Shown piece after piece: positions 16,753 through 24,000 of a stretch of 24,000 bases of DNA. The stretch is taken from assembly GCF_048287365.2 (NCBI RefSeq), contig NZ_JBLWEM020000070.1:98456-122455 (forward strand), read 5' to 3'. A program made the translations under genes and the position numbers. Every line of letters begins with the position of its first letter. Positions within the stretch are counted from its first letter, which is position 1. The DNA comes from Candidatus Electronema sp. JC. GTDB taxonomy: Bacteria > Desulfobacterota > Desulfobulbia > Desulfobulbales > Desulfobulbaceae. The notes under the pieces were generated by a model. That model saw nothing but the letters and a program-made list of their open reading frames with translations. It did not search any database and was not told the origin of the DNA.

Positions 16753-17004
16753 TCAAGCATCCTTCAGCTTCGGCTCAAGATAGTTGACGCAGCTCATCAA
16801 GGTGGCAAGCTGCGGATAATCCTCCTCTGGGACTTGCAGCTTGTGCCGCTTGCGCAGCTCCATGACGATGTCGAGGAAATCCATTGAGTCCAGATCAAGC
16901 TGGTCGCGCAGGGGCTTGTCCTCGTCCAAGTTGTCAAACTCGGCTTCGTCGTCTATATCTTGAATAATATCAAGAATCATGTACTTGATTTCATCACGGG
17001 TCAT
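16753..17004 (-). CDS. Acyl carrier protein (stand-alone, non-canonical acpP)
   Basis: 83 aa, acidic, with the phosphopantetheine attachment context DQLDLDSMDFLDIVMEL. AAGGAG lies 8 nt upstream of the ATG. Confidence 0.85.
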   Translation of the reverse strand: MTRDEIKYMILDIIQDIDDEAEFDNLDEDKPLRDQLDLDSMDFLDIVMELRKRHKLQVPEEDYPQLATLMSCVNYLEPKLKDA

Positions 17005-17112
17005 GCTTCTTGCTCCTTAGAAAATGCGTTAAAGTTCTATACAAAACATCTGGCACAAGCAGGCACAGCTATGTTAAAAACGACTGTCTATAGATAGATA
17101 TTACATTCCTTA

Positions 17113-18522
17113 TTAGAAAGGAACTTCGTCTTCTTGAATTTGATTTATTGCATCATTACTTTCTTGCGGTTGTATTATCTCATCTTTCTCAAGAAGTTTT
17201 CTGAATTCATCAAAGTTATTAGACTCTTTTTCTATTTCCATATAAAAATCTTTCCATTTATCCTTCCTAATTGTTACGTTGTGTTTTTTTGTCAATTCAT
17301 ATAATTGACAAAAAATTATATCCATCCCGCCAGCATGCAAAATTTGATTTATCCTGCCAGCCCTATTCTTTAAAATTCCATCAAATAATATTTCTATATC
17401 GGAATTTTCAAAATATTTTATATGGGGAAGCAAAAAATCTACTCCGTTCTTGTAAGCTGAATCGAAACTGCCTGAAGTCATAAATAGCCTGATAGCTATT
17501 TCCTTTAACGTACTAGAATCAATCCCCTCTAATAGCTCTTTTAAATTATTTTGATTAAAATTATTGATTCTACTCTGCATCATATCGTTTATTTTTAAGT
17601 TCATTGAAGCCAGCTTTGGAACACTGTATTTATTTAGGTCTTTTCCAGACATTGATGATATTGTCGTTTCGAGACGTAAAATTGTAGCCTTTTCAAGGTA
17701 ATTCCATGCTTCGTTTCTTTTAATTAAAAATAGAAATAGTCTTCTGATTAAATAGTCATTAGTTGCAGCTACAAACTCTTTAAATTTTGTTTTAAACACT
17801 TCTATATATATATCATTGTAAATTCTTTCGATGGCTCCTAAAGCCGAACATATTCTTTCAAAGGATTCTAGATCCAAACCATTTTCATCCTTAAATATCC
17901 GTTTTAATAAAATAATTATCAAATTCCTGACGGTACTTTCCTTGGCTTTACCGAGATAATTATCTGACGAAAGAATTGTATAGGCAGAGTCGTCATTAAC
18001 TGGAAACGAGCTGCCTGAAATAAGATTAAATAAACGATCAATAGCAAATTTTCCTTTTACTGGAGGTCTTGATAATAGATAAGTTGATGCTTGGATAATG
18101 TACGCTTTAGTTAATTCAGAAGATGGATCAAATTGACTACCGTCAGCTAAAAAAGTTGGATGGGCGCAAAAGTTTCTATCTTCTTTCAAACGTTCGAGAT
18201 GTTTCTTCTCAATAACAGATATGAGTTCGATATTCTCACATGCATAGTCGAGTATATTACGCTCAAAATCTAACATGTTATTGATGTCATTTTGTTGTAT
18301 GGAGTTTAGTTTTTTTTCTAATTCGCTTGCTGCTTTATCGCCCTCAAGACTTAACTCGCGAATTTTCTCAATAATATCTACGCATACAGCAATCCAAGTC
18401 GAAATTATTGCCGCTCTGTATGCTCCCGCTCTATACGATGCAATTGCCTCTTCTAAGTATTGCTTGGATGATTCGTTGCGGGTTAATTGCCCGATTTCTG
18501 AAAGGTCTTTTACTCGAAACAT
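17113..18522 (-). CDS. Hypothetical protein with an N-terminal HEPN-like domain (R-x4-H), on a very AT-rich island
   Basis: 469-aa uninterrupted ORF in DNA at roughly 30% GC. N-terminal helix YLEEAIASYRAGAYRAAIISTWIAVCVDIIEKI and, about 85 aa later, LERLKEDRNFCAHP (R116-x4-H121, nt 18160-18177). This is the arrangement seen in DUF4145 / Abi_2-type HEPN domains. The remaining ~320 aa are helical, Lys/Asn/Ile-rich and unrecognised. Confidence 0.6.
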   Translation of the reverse strand: MFRVKDLSEIGQLTRNESSKQYLEEAIASYRAGAYRAAIISTWIAVCVDIIEKIRELSLEGDKAASELEKKLNSIQQNDINNMLDFERNILDYACENIELISVIEKKHLERLKEDRNFCAHPTFLADGSQFDPSSELTKAYIIQASTYLLSRPPVKGKFAIDRLFNLISGSSFPVNDDSAYTILSSDNYLGKAKESTVRNLIIILLKRIFKDENGLDLESFERICSALGAIERIYNDIYIEVFKTKFKEFVAATNDYLIRRLFLFLIKRNEAWNYLEKATILRLETTISSMSGKDLNKYSVPKLASMNLKINDMMQSRINNFNQNNLKELLEGIDSSTLKEIAIRLFMTSGSFDSAYKNGVDFLLPHIKYFENSDIEILFDGILKNRAGRINQILHAGGMDIIFCQLYELTKKHNVTIRKDKWKDFYMEIEKESNNFDEFRKLLEKDEIIQPQESNDAINQIQEDEVPF

Positions 18523-18573
18523 TTTTTATTTTATAAACTTCATTGATCAGAGCTTTCTTGCAGCCTGCCCCTG

Positions 18574-18604
18574 AAAACACAAAAGGCAGGCAAGCGGCCT
18601 GCCT
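18574..18604 (-). terminator. Rho-independent terminator downstream of the KAS gene
   Basis: The minus strand reads AGGCAGG-ccgcttg-CCTGCCT followed by tttgtgtttt (plus-strand stems 18584-18590 / 18598-18604). Confidence 0.7.
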
Positions 18605-18667
18605 CCTCTGCGCATCTCCGAAGACCTGACGCTGGTCAAAAAACAGAAAATGTTACCACAGCCCGCC

Positions 18668-19915
18668 CTATTTCGCTACCAGTCTCTTGACGATGAGGGT
18701 GGAATTTATCCCCACCATGCCAAAAGAGTTGTTGAGGATGGTCTCAGCGCGGGGCAGTTTCTGCGCTTCGCCGCTGACCAAACCTGACAACGCGCATTCC
18801 GGGTCCAACTCGTCGAGATTGATAGTCGGATGGGCCAAGCCGTCCTCGAAAGCAGGCAGATTGGCAGCCAGCTCCAGCACACCAGCGGCCCCCATCGCGT
18901 GGCCGATGATGGACTTGGTGTTGTTCACCCTCAGATTCTCGCAGCCTGCAAAGACTTCGGCAATAGCCCGGCATTCCTCAATATCGCCCTGCTTGGTGCC
19001 GGTGGCATGAGTGTTGACCAAATCTATGTCCGCCGGAGTCATGCCCGCCCGCTCCAAGGCCAAGCGAATGCACTCTGCCTGACGCGGGCCGTAGGGCAGG
19101 ACAAAGTCGCGGGCATCGGAGTTCATCGCATAGCCGACGATCTCGCCGTATATCTTCGCGCCGCGCTCCACCGCCTTGTCCATGCGCTCCAGCACGAAGA
19201 CGCAACCGCCTTCAGAAATGACAATGCCGTTCCTCGCCTGATCAAAAGGACGGCTGGCCTTAGTCGGATCAGCATGTTCAGCCAAAGCACCTTGCGCCCG
19301 GAAGCTGGCGAAGATACCGAAAGAGCCGGTGCATTCGGATAGGCCGCCGCAAAGGGCCATGTCCACTTCTCCCAAGCGCAGCATCTGGCAGCCCTGAATC
19401 AGGGCGGCGTTGCCAGCAGCACAGGCCGCGCCCACCGAGTAGTGCGGCCCGGTGATGCCGAAGGTCATGGTGATTTCGCCCGCCGGGTTGTTGAGCACGG
19501 TGCGCGGGTTGTGGTGGTGCGTCCAGTAATCAACGTTGTAGTTGTATTGACTGATATTATAGACCTCGTTCTCGGTCTCCACCGTGCCGTGCTCGGTCAG
19601 GCCCATGTACACGCCGGTGCGGTCGAGGCGGTATTGGGTGAAATCAATGCCCGCGTCGGCCAGTGCTTCTCCAGCGCAGTACACGCCCAAACAGCCCGCC
19701 CGTGTGCCGCGCTTGTTGTCGCGCTTCTTCCGGTATTTGGTCTCCGGGAAATCGCACAGTCCGGCGGGATGCACGCCCATGTAGCGCATTTCCAAGGTGG
19801 AAATGCCGCTGCGCCCGGCCAAGACCTGCGCCCGGAACTCCGCCAAGGTGCTGGTTCCGCCCGGCGCGGCCAAACCCACGCCGGTGATGACGATGCGCTG
19901 CGAATCCGCCATCAT
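18668..19915 (-). CDS. Beta-ketoacyl-ACP synthase family protein (KAS I/II-like, divergent)
   Basis: IVITGVGLAAPGG, active-site Cys in SVGAACAAGNAAL, and the His pair in VNTHATGT and SIIGHAMGAAG. ATG 19913-19915 overlaps the alaS stop TGA 19912-19914. Confidence 0.92.
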   Translation of the reverse strand: MMADSQRIVITGVGLAAPGGTSTLAEFRAQVLAGRSGISTLEMRYMGVHPAGLCDFPETKYRKKRDNKRGTRAGCLGVYCAGEALADAGIDFTQYRLDRTGVYMGLTEHGTVETENEVYNISQYNYNVDYWTHHHNPRTVLNNPAGEITMTFGITGPHYSVGAACAAGNAALIQGCQMLRLGEVDMALCGGLSECTGSFGIFASFRAQGALAEHADPTKASRPFDQARNGIVISEGGCVFVLERMDKAVERGAKIYGEIVGYAMNSDARDFVLPYGPRQAECIRLALERAGMTPADIDLVNTHATGTKQGDIEECRAIAEVFAGCENLRVNNTKSIIGHAMGAAGVLELAANLPAFEDGLAHPTINLDELDPECALSGLVSGEAQKLPRAETILNNSFGMVGINSTLIVKRLVAK

Positions 19916-22566
19916 CGGCCCGCCTCCAGCAATTGAGCGACTATGCCCGGCACTGCCCGCATCGCTTCCGGCAGCTTGTCCGCCATTGGGCCGCCTGCCT
20001 GGGCCATGTCCGGTCTGCCGCCGCCCTTGCCGCCAACTATGGTCGCCGCCGCGCTGACAATATCACCCGCCTTGATTTTCCCGGTCAAGTCCTTGCTGAC
20101 AATGGCCAGCAGAGCCGCTTTGCCTTCCACCACGCCGCCGAGCAGGGCCGCGCCGCTGCCCATTTTGTCGCGCACCTTGTCGCCGACCTCGCGCAGGGTT
20201 TTGGCGGAATCCAGCTTGAGCTGGCCGCTGATCACCCGAATGCCGCCGACCTCGACCGCGCCTGCCAGTAGGCTGTCTAAATCGGAAGCTGCGGCTGCCG
20301 CGCTCAGGGCGGCGATTTCCTTTTCCAGCTCCTTCTGCCGCTTGAGCAGATTCGGCACCTTGTGCAGCGCATCCTCAAAGGAGCCGGAGAGCATTTTGCC
20401 TAATTCATCAGCCTGCGCCGCCAGCTTGTGCAGCCAGTCTATGGCCGCCTGACCAGTGACCGCCTCAATCCGGCGCACACCAGCGGCAATGCCGGTTTCG
20501 CTGAGGATTTTGAACAGGCCAATGTCGCCCGTGGCCGCAGTATGCGTGCCGCCGCACAGCTCCTTGGAGAAGCCGGGAATGCTCACCACCCGCACTTCCT
20601 CGCCGTACTTCTCGCCGAACAGGGCCGTGGCTCCCTCGGCAATAGCCGCTTCCTTGGCGAGCACCGCTGTCTGCACCGGTGTGTTGCGGCGGATTTCCTG
20701 ATTCACGAGCTGCTCGATGGCCCGAATTTCCTCCGGCGTGACCGGCGAGAAATGGGTGAAGTCAAAGCGGAGACGGTCAGCGCGAACCAGCGAGCCAGCC
20801 TGTTTGACGTGACTGCCAAGGAGCTGCTTCATCGCCGCGTGGAGCAGGTGCGTGGCGGTATGATTGAGGGCCGTGGCCGTGCGCTGCGCATCCACCTGCA
20901 AAGTGACTTCTTGACCAGCGGTCAGCACCCCTTGCGTGACCGTGCCGCTGTGCAGCACTAAGCCTTCCGCAGCGGCCTTGACCGCGTGCACCGTCAGCGA
21001 GCCGTCCGGCCAGGTCATGGTGCCGGTGTCGCCGACCTGACCGCCCGATTCGGCGTAAAACGGGGTCTGCGGGCAGAAGACCTGCACCTGCGCCCCAACG
21101 GTCGCCCGGCTGATCAGGCTGCCTTGATTGTCGAGGATTGCCTCTGCCACGCTCTCCGCGCTGCGCTGCGTGTAGCCAAGAAACTCGCTCTTCCGTCCTT
21201 GCTCCAGCAGGCTGATCACGCCAGCGGAGAAATGATCCAAATCCTTGCCCTTCCACGAGCGGCGCGACTGCTCGCGCTGCTGCTGCATGGCCGCCTCAAA
21301 ACCTGCGTCGTCGAGGCCGATGCCGTGCTCAATGGCCACATCACGGACAATATCCTTGGGAAAGCCGTAGGTGTCATAGAGCTTGAAGATGAAATCACCG
21401 CTGATCAGCGGGCGTTCCGGTTGTTCGCTCAAAACTCGTTGAATTTCTTCGTCGAGCATGGCCAAACCCTTGTCCAATGTTTCGCCGAAGCGGCTTTCCT
21501 CGTGCACTGTCACCTTATTTAACAGCTGCACCGCATCGTGCAAATGAGGATAGGCAGCACCCATCGTCTGCACCACCTCACGGCAGACCTCGCCAAAGAA
21601 GATGTTCAACCCCAGCGTTCTGCCAAAACGGATGGCCCGGCGCATCACCCGGCGGAGGACATAGCCGCGCCCTTCGTTGGAGGGAAGCACGCCGTCTGCC
21701 ACCAAGAACGCTGTGGCGCGGGCATGATCGGCGATAACCCGCATGGCTGCGTCATCAGCGCGGTTCGCGTGATATGTCCTGCCGGAAAGCCGTTCCACTG
21801 TGCTGATCAGCGGGGCAAAGACTTCGCTGTCAAAGTTGTTGAACTTGCCTTGCAAAACCGCCGCCACGCGCTCCACGCCCATGCCGGTGTCAATCGAGGG
21901 CTTGGGCAGCGGGGTGAGCGTGCCGTCCAGCGAGCGGTAGAACTGCATGAAAACTAAATTCCACAGCTCAAGGAAGCGGTCGCAGTCGCAGCCGAGGGCG
22001 CAGTCCGGTCTGCCGCAGCCGTGCTCCGCGCCCTGATCAATGTGAATCTCCGAGCAGGGGCCGCAGGGGCCGGTGTCGCCCATCGCCCAGAAATTGTCCT
22101 TCTCGCCCAGACGGACAATGCGGCCTTTAGGCAAGTCGTCAATCTGCTCCCAGAGTTCCTGCGCTTCGTCGTCATCACGGAAAATCGTCACCCAGAGCCG
22201 CTCCGGGCTGATGCCCAGCTCCTTGGTCAGAAACTCCCAAGCAAAGGCGATGGCCTCCTTCTTGAAATAATCGCCGAAGGAGAAGTTGCCGAGCATCTCA
22301 AAGAAGGTGTGGTGCCGGGCCGTGTGGCCGACGTTCTCCAAGTCGTTGTGCTTGCCGCCCGCCCGCACGCAACGCTGACAGGACACAGCGCGGCTGTAAT
22401 CGCGCTGCTCCTCGCCCATGAAGACCCGTTTGAACTGAAACATGCCCGCGTTGGTGAAGAGCAGCGTGGGGTCGTCGTGCGGGACCAAGGTCGAGGATTC
22501 GACAACAGCGTGTCCTTTGCTGGCAAAATAGTTGAGAAATCGTTCTCGCAGCTCTTGTCCGGTCAT
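19912..22566 (-). CDS. alaS: Alanine--tRNA ligase
   Basis: MTGQELRERFLNYFASKGHAVVESSTLVPHDDPTLLFTNAGMFQFK..., FEMLGNFSFGDYFK, editing-domain HTATHLLHAA and CGGTHT, in an 884-aa protein. Confidence 0.98.
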   Translation of the reverse strand: MTGQELRERFLNYFASKGHAVVESSTLVPHDDPTLLFTNAGMFQFKRVFMGEEQRDYSRAVSCQRCVRAGGKHNDLENVGHTARHHTFFEMLGNFSFGDYFKKEAIAFAWEFLTKELGISPERLWVTIFRDDDEAQELWEQIDDLPKGRIVRLGEKDNFWAMGDTGPCGPCSEIHIDQGAEHGCGRPDCALGCDCDRFLELWNLVFMQFYRSLDGTLTPLPKPSIDTGMGVERVAAVLQGKFNNFDSEVFAPLISTVERLSGRTYHANRADDAAMRVIADHARATAFLVADGVLPSNEGRGYVLRRVMRRAIRFGRTLGLNIFFGEVCREVVQTMGAAYPHLHDAVQLLNKVTVHEESRFGETLDKGLAMLDEEIQRVLSEQPERPLISGDFIFKLYDTYGFPKDIVRDVAIEHGIGLDDAGFEAAMQQQREQSRRSWKGKDLDHFSAGVISLLEQGRKSEFLGYTQRSAESVAEAILDNQGSLISRATVGAQVQVFCPQTPFYAESGGQVGDTGTMTWPDGSLTVHAVKAAAEGLVLHSGTVTQGVLTAGQEVTLQVDAQRTATALNHTATHLLHAAMKQLLGSHVKQAGSLVRADRLRFDFTHFSPVTPEEIRAIEQLVNQEIRRNTPVQTAVLAKEAAIAEGATALFGEKYGEEVRVVSIPGFSKELCGGTHTAATGDIGLFKILSETGIAAGVRRIEAVTGQAAIDWLHKLAAQADELGKMLSGSFEDALHKVPNLLKRQKELEKEIAALSAAAAASDLDSLLAGAVEVGGIRVISGQLKLDSAKTLREVGDKVRDKMGSGAALLGGVVEGKAALLAIVSKDLTGKIKAGDIVSAAATIVGGKGGGRPDMAQAGGPMADKLPEAMRAVPGIVAQLLEAGR

Positions 22567-22617
22567 TCTCGTGGCGAATTTATATTGTTTATGCAGGGGC
22601 GACCCTGCGGTGTGCAG

Positions 22618-23184
22618 TTATTTCAAATGCTGCAGCATGGCCTTGAAAGCAGGCGTTCCCGCCTTCTGAAGGAACTCGTAGATCAGCATCTCCGCCGGAG
22701 CCAGCACCGCGCCGATTTCCCGCAGCCGCTGCTGGCCGTAAGCATGGTTTTCCGCAGTGCGCGAGGAGATGCCGTCAGCCACCACTTGCACCTCGTAGCC
22801 CTCGCGCAGCGCGCCCAGCGCGGTCTGCCAGACGCAGATGTGGCTTTCCACGCCGCAGAGCAACAGAGTGTGCACCGAGGCGGGCAGCTCGCTCAACAGC
22901 CGTTTCATCCCCGGATTGGCCAGCGCGTTGAATTCGGTTTTGTCAATGCAGGGTTTGTCGGCAAGCAGCCCGGCCAGCTCCGGCACAAAGGGGCCTATGC
23001 CCTTCTTGTGCTGAGTACAGGCCAGCACCGGCATGTCCAGCGCCGCCGCCAGCCGGACCATCAGGCTGATGTTTCTGCTCACCCGCTCCGCCTGATGGAT
23101 GTGGGCCATCAGACGTTCCTGCGGGTCAATCACAAGGAGGCAGCATTCCTGGGGCCGCAGCGTTGTCGGTGTTCCGGCGTTCAT
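22618..23184 (-). CDS. Isochorismatase-family cysteine hydrolase
   Basis: CCLLVIDPQERL (catalytic Asp context), an appropriately placed Lys (TQHKK), and LLLCGVESHICVWQTAL (nucleophile Cys). ATG 23182-23184; the track ORF start is a TTG 19 codons upstream. Confidence 0.85.
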   Translation of the reverse strand: MNAGTPTTLRPQECCLLVIDPQERLMAHIHQAERVSRNISLMVRLAAALDMPVLACTQHKKGIGPFVPELAGLLADKPCIDKTEFNALANPGMKRLLSELPASVHTLLLCGVESHICVWQTALGALREGYEVQVVADGISSRTAENHAYGQQRLREIGAVLAPAEMLIYEFLQKAGTPAFKAMLQHLK

Positions 23185-23388
23185 ATTTTTATCTGGCGGA
23201 TGATGATCTCTTCTTTTAGTGGGCGGCAGCGGAAATTGCAACAGAAAACCGAAGAGCTGCGGCGGGGCGGCCAGCCCGGCCAGCAGGATACACTATTTTG
23301 GAAAAAAGAGAAAGAGGAGAACCTGCGGCGCCCCGCCTTTGAACTGTGCAGGATCCTGCCTGCCTCTACTCCTCCTCTCCCAGCATCT

Positions 23389-23565
23389 CGAGGCGAGCAG
23401 GTGCGCGGTCGGCACCATCGTGGGATGCACCCGCGCCTCAATCGCCCCGCCCACATCCCGGCTGACGGCCAGCAGCTTGATCCGGCAGCCGAACTCGCGG
23501 GCGAACTCGATGTCCACCGGCTCTATCGTGCTGATGCCCTCAGCGTCTATCTCCCGCCCAGCATC
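23389..23565 (-). pseudogene. hom: Orphan internal fragment of homoserine dehydrogenase (about 58 codons)
   Basis: REIDAEGISTIEPVDIEFAREFGCRIKLLAVSRDVGGAIEARVHPTMVPTAHLLAS matches the central hom segment (EGIS.I...DI.fA.E.G..IKLL....G..IE.rVhPT.vP..H.LA). The N-terminal NAD domain is absent. Downstream the frame reads RCWERRSRGRQ...FFPK*, with no GAG/ACT region in any frame. Confidence 0.75.
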
Positions 23566-24000
23566 CTACGCCACCCTCACCACCAGCACATCCACCAGCC
23601 TGCCGCCGTAGTCATTGCGCAGCATCTCCTTCAGTCCTACGTAGTTATTGACGCGGACCGTCAGGTTCGTCACGGCTGAGTCGGCAAAGCCCTGCAAGGT
23701 CAACTCGCCGTTGGCCGTGACTGTCACCGCCGCGCCTGTCTTCCCCCCTTCGTGCATATCCAGCAAGCTGAAGAGCAGCGCGTCCTTGCGCAGGTCAAGG
23801 ATGACCTGAATGCGGAGCATCTCGTCCGCTGCCACACTGCCGCCAAGGACAGAGACATGCGGGCTGGTCTCCTTGCCGCTGAGAATGCCTGCTTCCGGCG
23901 GATCAGGCTGGCCGAAGCCGCTCAAGGTGAGCGGGCTGCGCAGCATCTGCCCGCAAGTGCCGGTGCGCAGCGTCCCGTGCTCGCTGTAGCGGGTGCTGAC
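23566..24000 (-). CDS. Hypothetical protein, C-terminal part (the open frame continues past the window end)
   Basis: The open frame runs from nt 24000 down to TAG 23566-23568, with strongly GC-biased third positions like the neighbouring genes. It ends ...TVRVNNYVGLKEMLRNDYGGRLVDVLVVRVA. No family recognised. Confidence 0.5.
   Translation of the reverse strand, partial: VSTRYSEHGTLRTGTCGQMLRSPLTLSGFGQPDPPEAGILSGKETSPHVSVLGGSVAADEMLRIQVILDLRKDALLFSLLDMHEGGKTGAAVTVTANGELTLQGFADSAVTNLTVRVNNYVGLKEMLRNDYGGRLVDVLVVRVA

Noticed and set aside
17060-17078. TGGCAC-aagca-GGCA on the plus strand upstream of the ACP gene as a sigma-54 promoter
   Set aside because: The -12 element is GGCA rather than TTGC, and it is on the wrong strand for every neighbouring gene.
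22593-22608. GCAGGG-gcga-CCCTGC hairpin between the isochorismatase stop and the alaS start as a terminator
   Set aside because: It has a perfect 6-bp stem but no U-tract on the minus strand, so it is not called a terminator. It may be a processing or regulatory stem in the alaS leader, but there is no basis to assign a function.
22021-23679. Very long plus-strand ORF (552 aa) spanning the alaS start, the isochorismatase gene and the hom fragment
   Set aside because: It lies antisense to confidently identified minus-strand genes. Its Arg/Gly/Ala/Pro/His-rich, low-complexity translation is typical of shadow ORFs in high-GC DNA, and no recognisable motifs are present.

Overview
High-GC (about 60% on sampled lines) bacterial chromosomal segment, almost entirely coding, with most genes on the minus strand. 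All identifications come from reading motifs in the supplied translations; no homology search was run.

Backbone genes:
- pfkA (3' part) and an endonuclease III-like gene on the plus strand.
- The translation cluster ffh / rpsP-KH-rimM-trmD-(SPOUT-like RNA methyltransferase)-rplS-rnhB.
- fabD, an SdhC-like cytochrome b with no sdhAB next to it, greA, a DegT-type sugar aminotransferase and rpoH.
- A CrtI-like FAD oxidoreductase, a stand-alone ACP and a KAS whose start codon overlaps the alaS stop.
- alaS and an isochorismatase-family hydrolase.
- The rpsP-KH-rimM-trmD-methyltransferase-rplS-rnhB order resembles Desulfobacterota (deltaproteobacteria-like) genomes. This is inference only.

Three visibly AT-rich patches interrupt this backbone and are the accessory content:
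- 10.05-12.41 kb: a plus-strand two-gene cassette. An SMC/OLD-type ABC ATPase is translationally coupled (ATGA overlap) to a small DUF4276/TOPRIM-like protein. This is a split-OLD / PARIS-like candidate defence module and the best candidate for an undescribed system.
- 17.0-18.6 kb: a single gene at roughly 30% GC, inserted between the KAS terminator and its ACP. It encodes a 469-aa protein with an N-terminal HEPN-type R-x4-H motif (RNFCAH).
- 7.4-7.95 kb: contains a possible small PD-(D/E)XK-like ORF whose stop overlaps a fabD start codon.

Other notable items:
- A secreted protein with 36 cysteines in about 28-aa repeats, fused to an OMP-type C-terminal domain.
- An orphan homoserine dehydrogenase fragment lying in frame directly behind the stop codon of an unrelated ORF.

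No rRNA, tRNA, CRISPR array, transposase or integrase was recognised.
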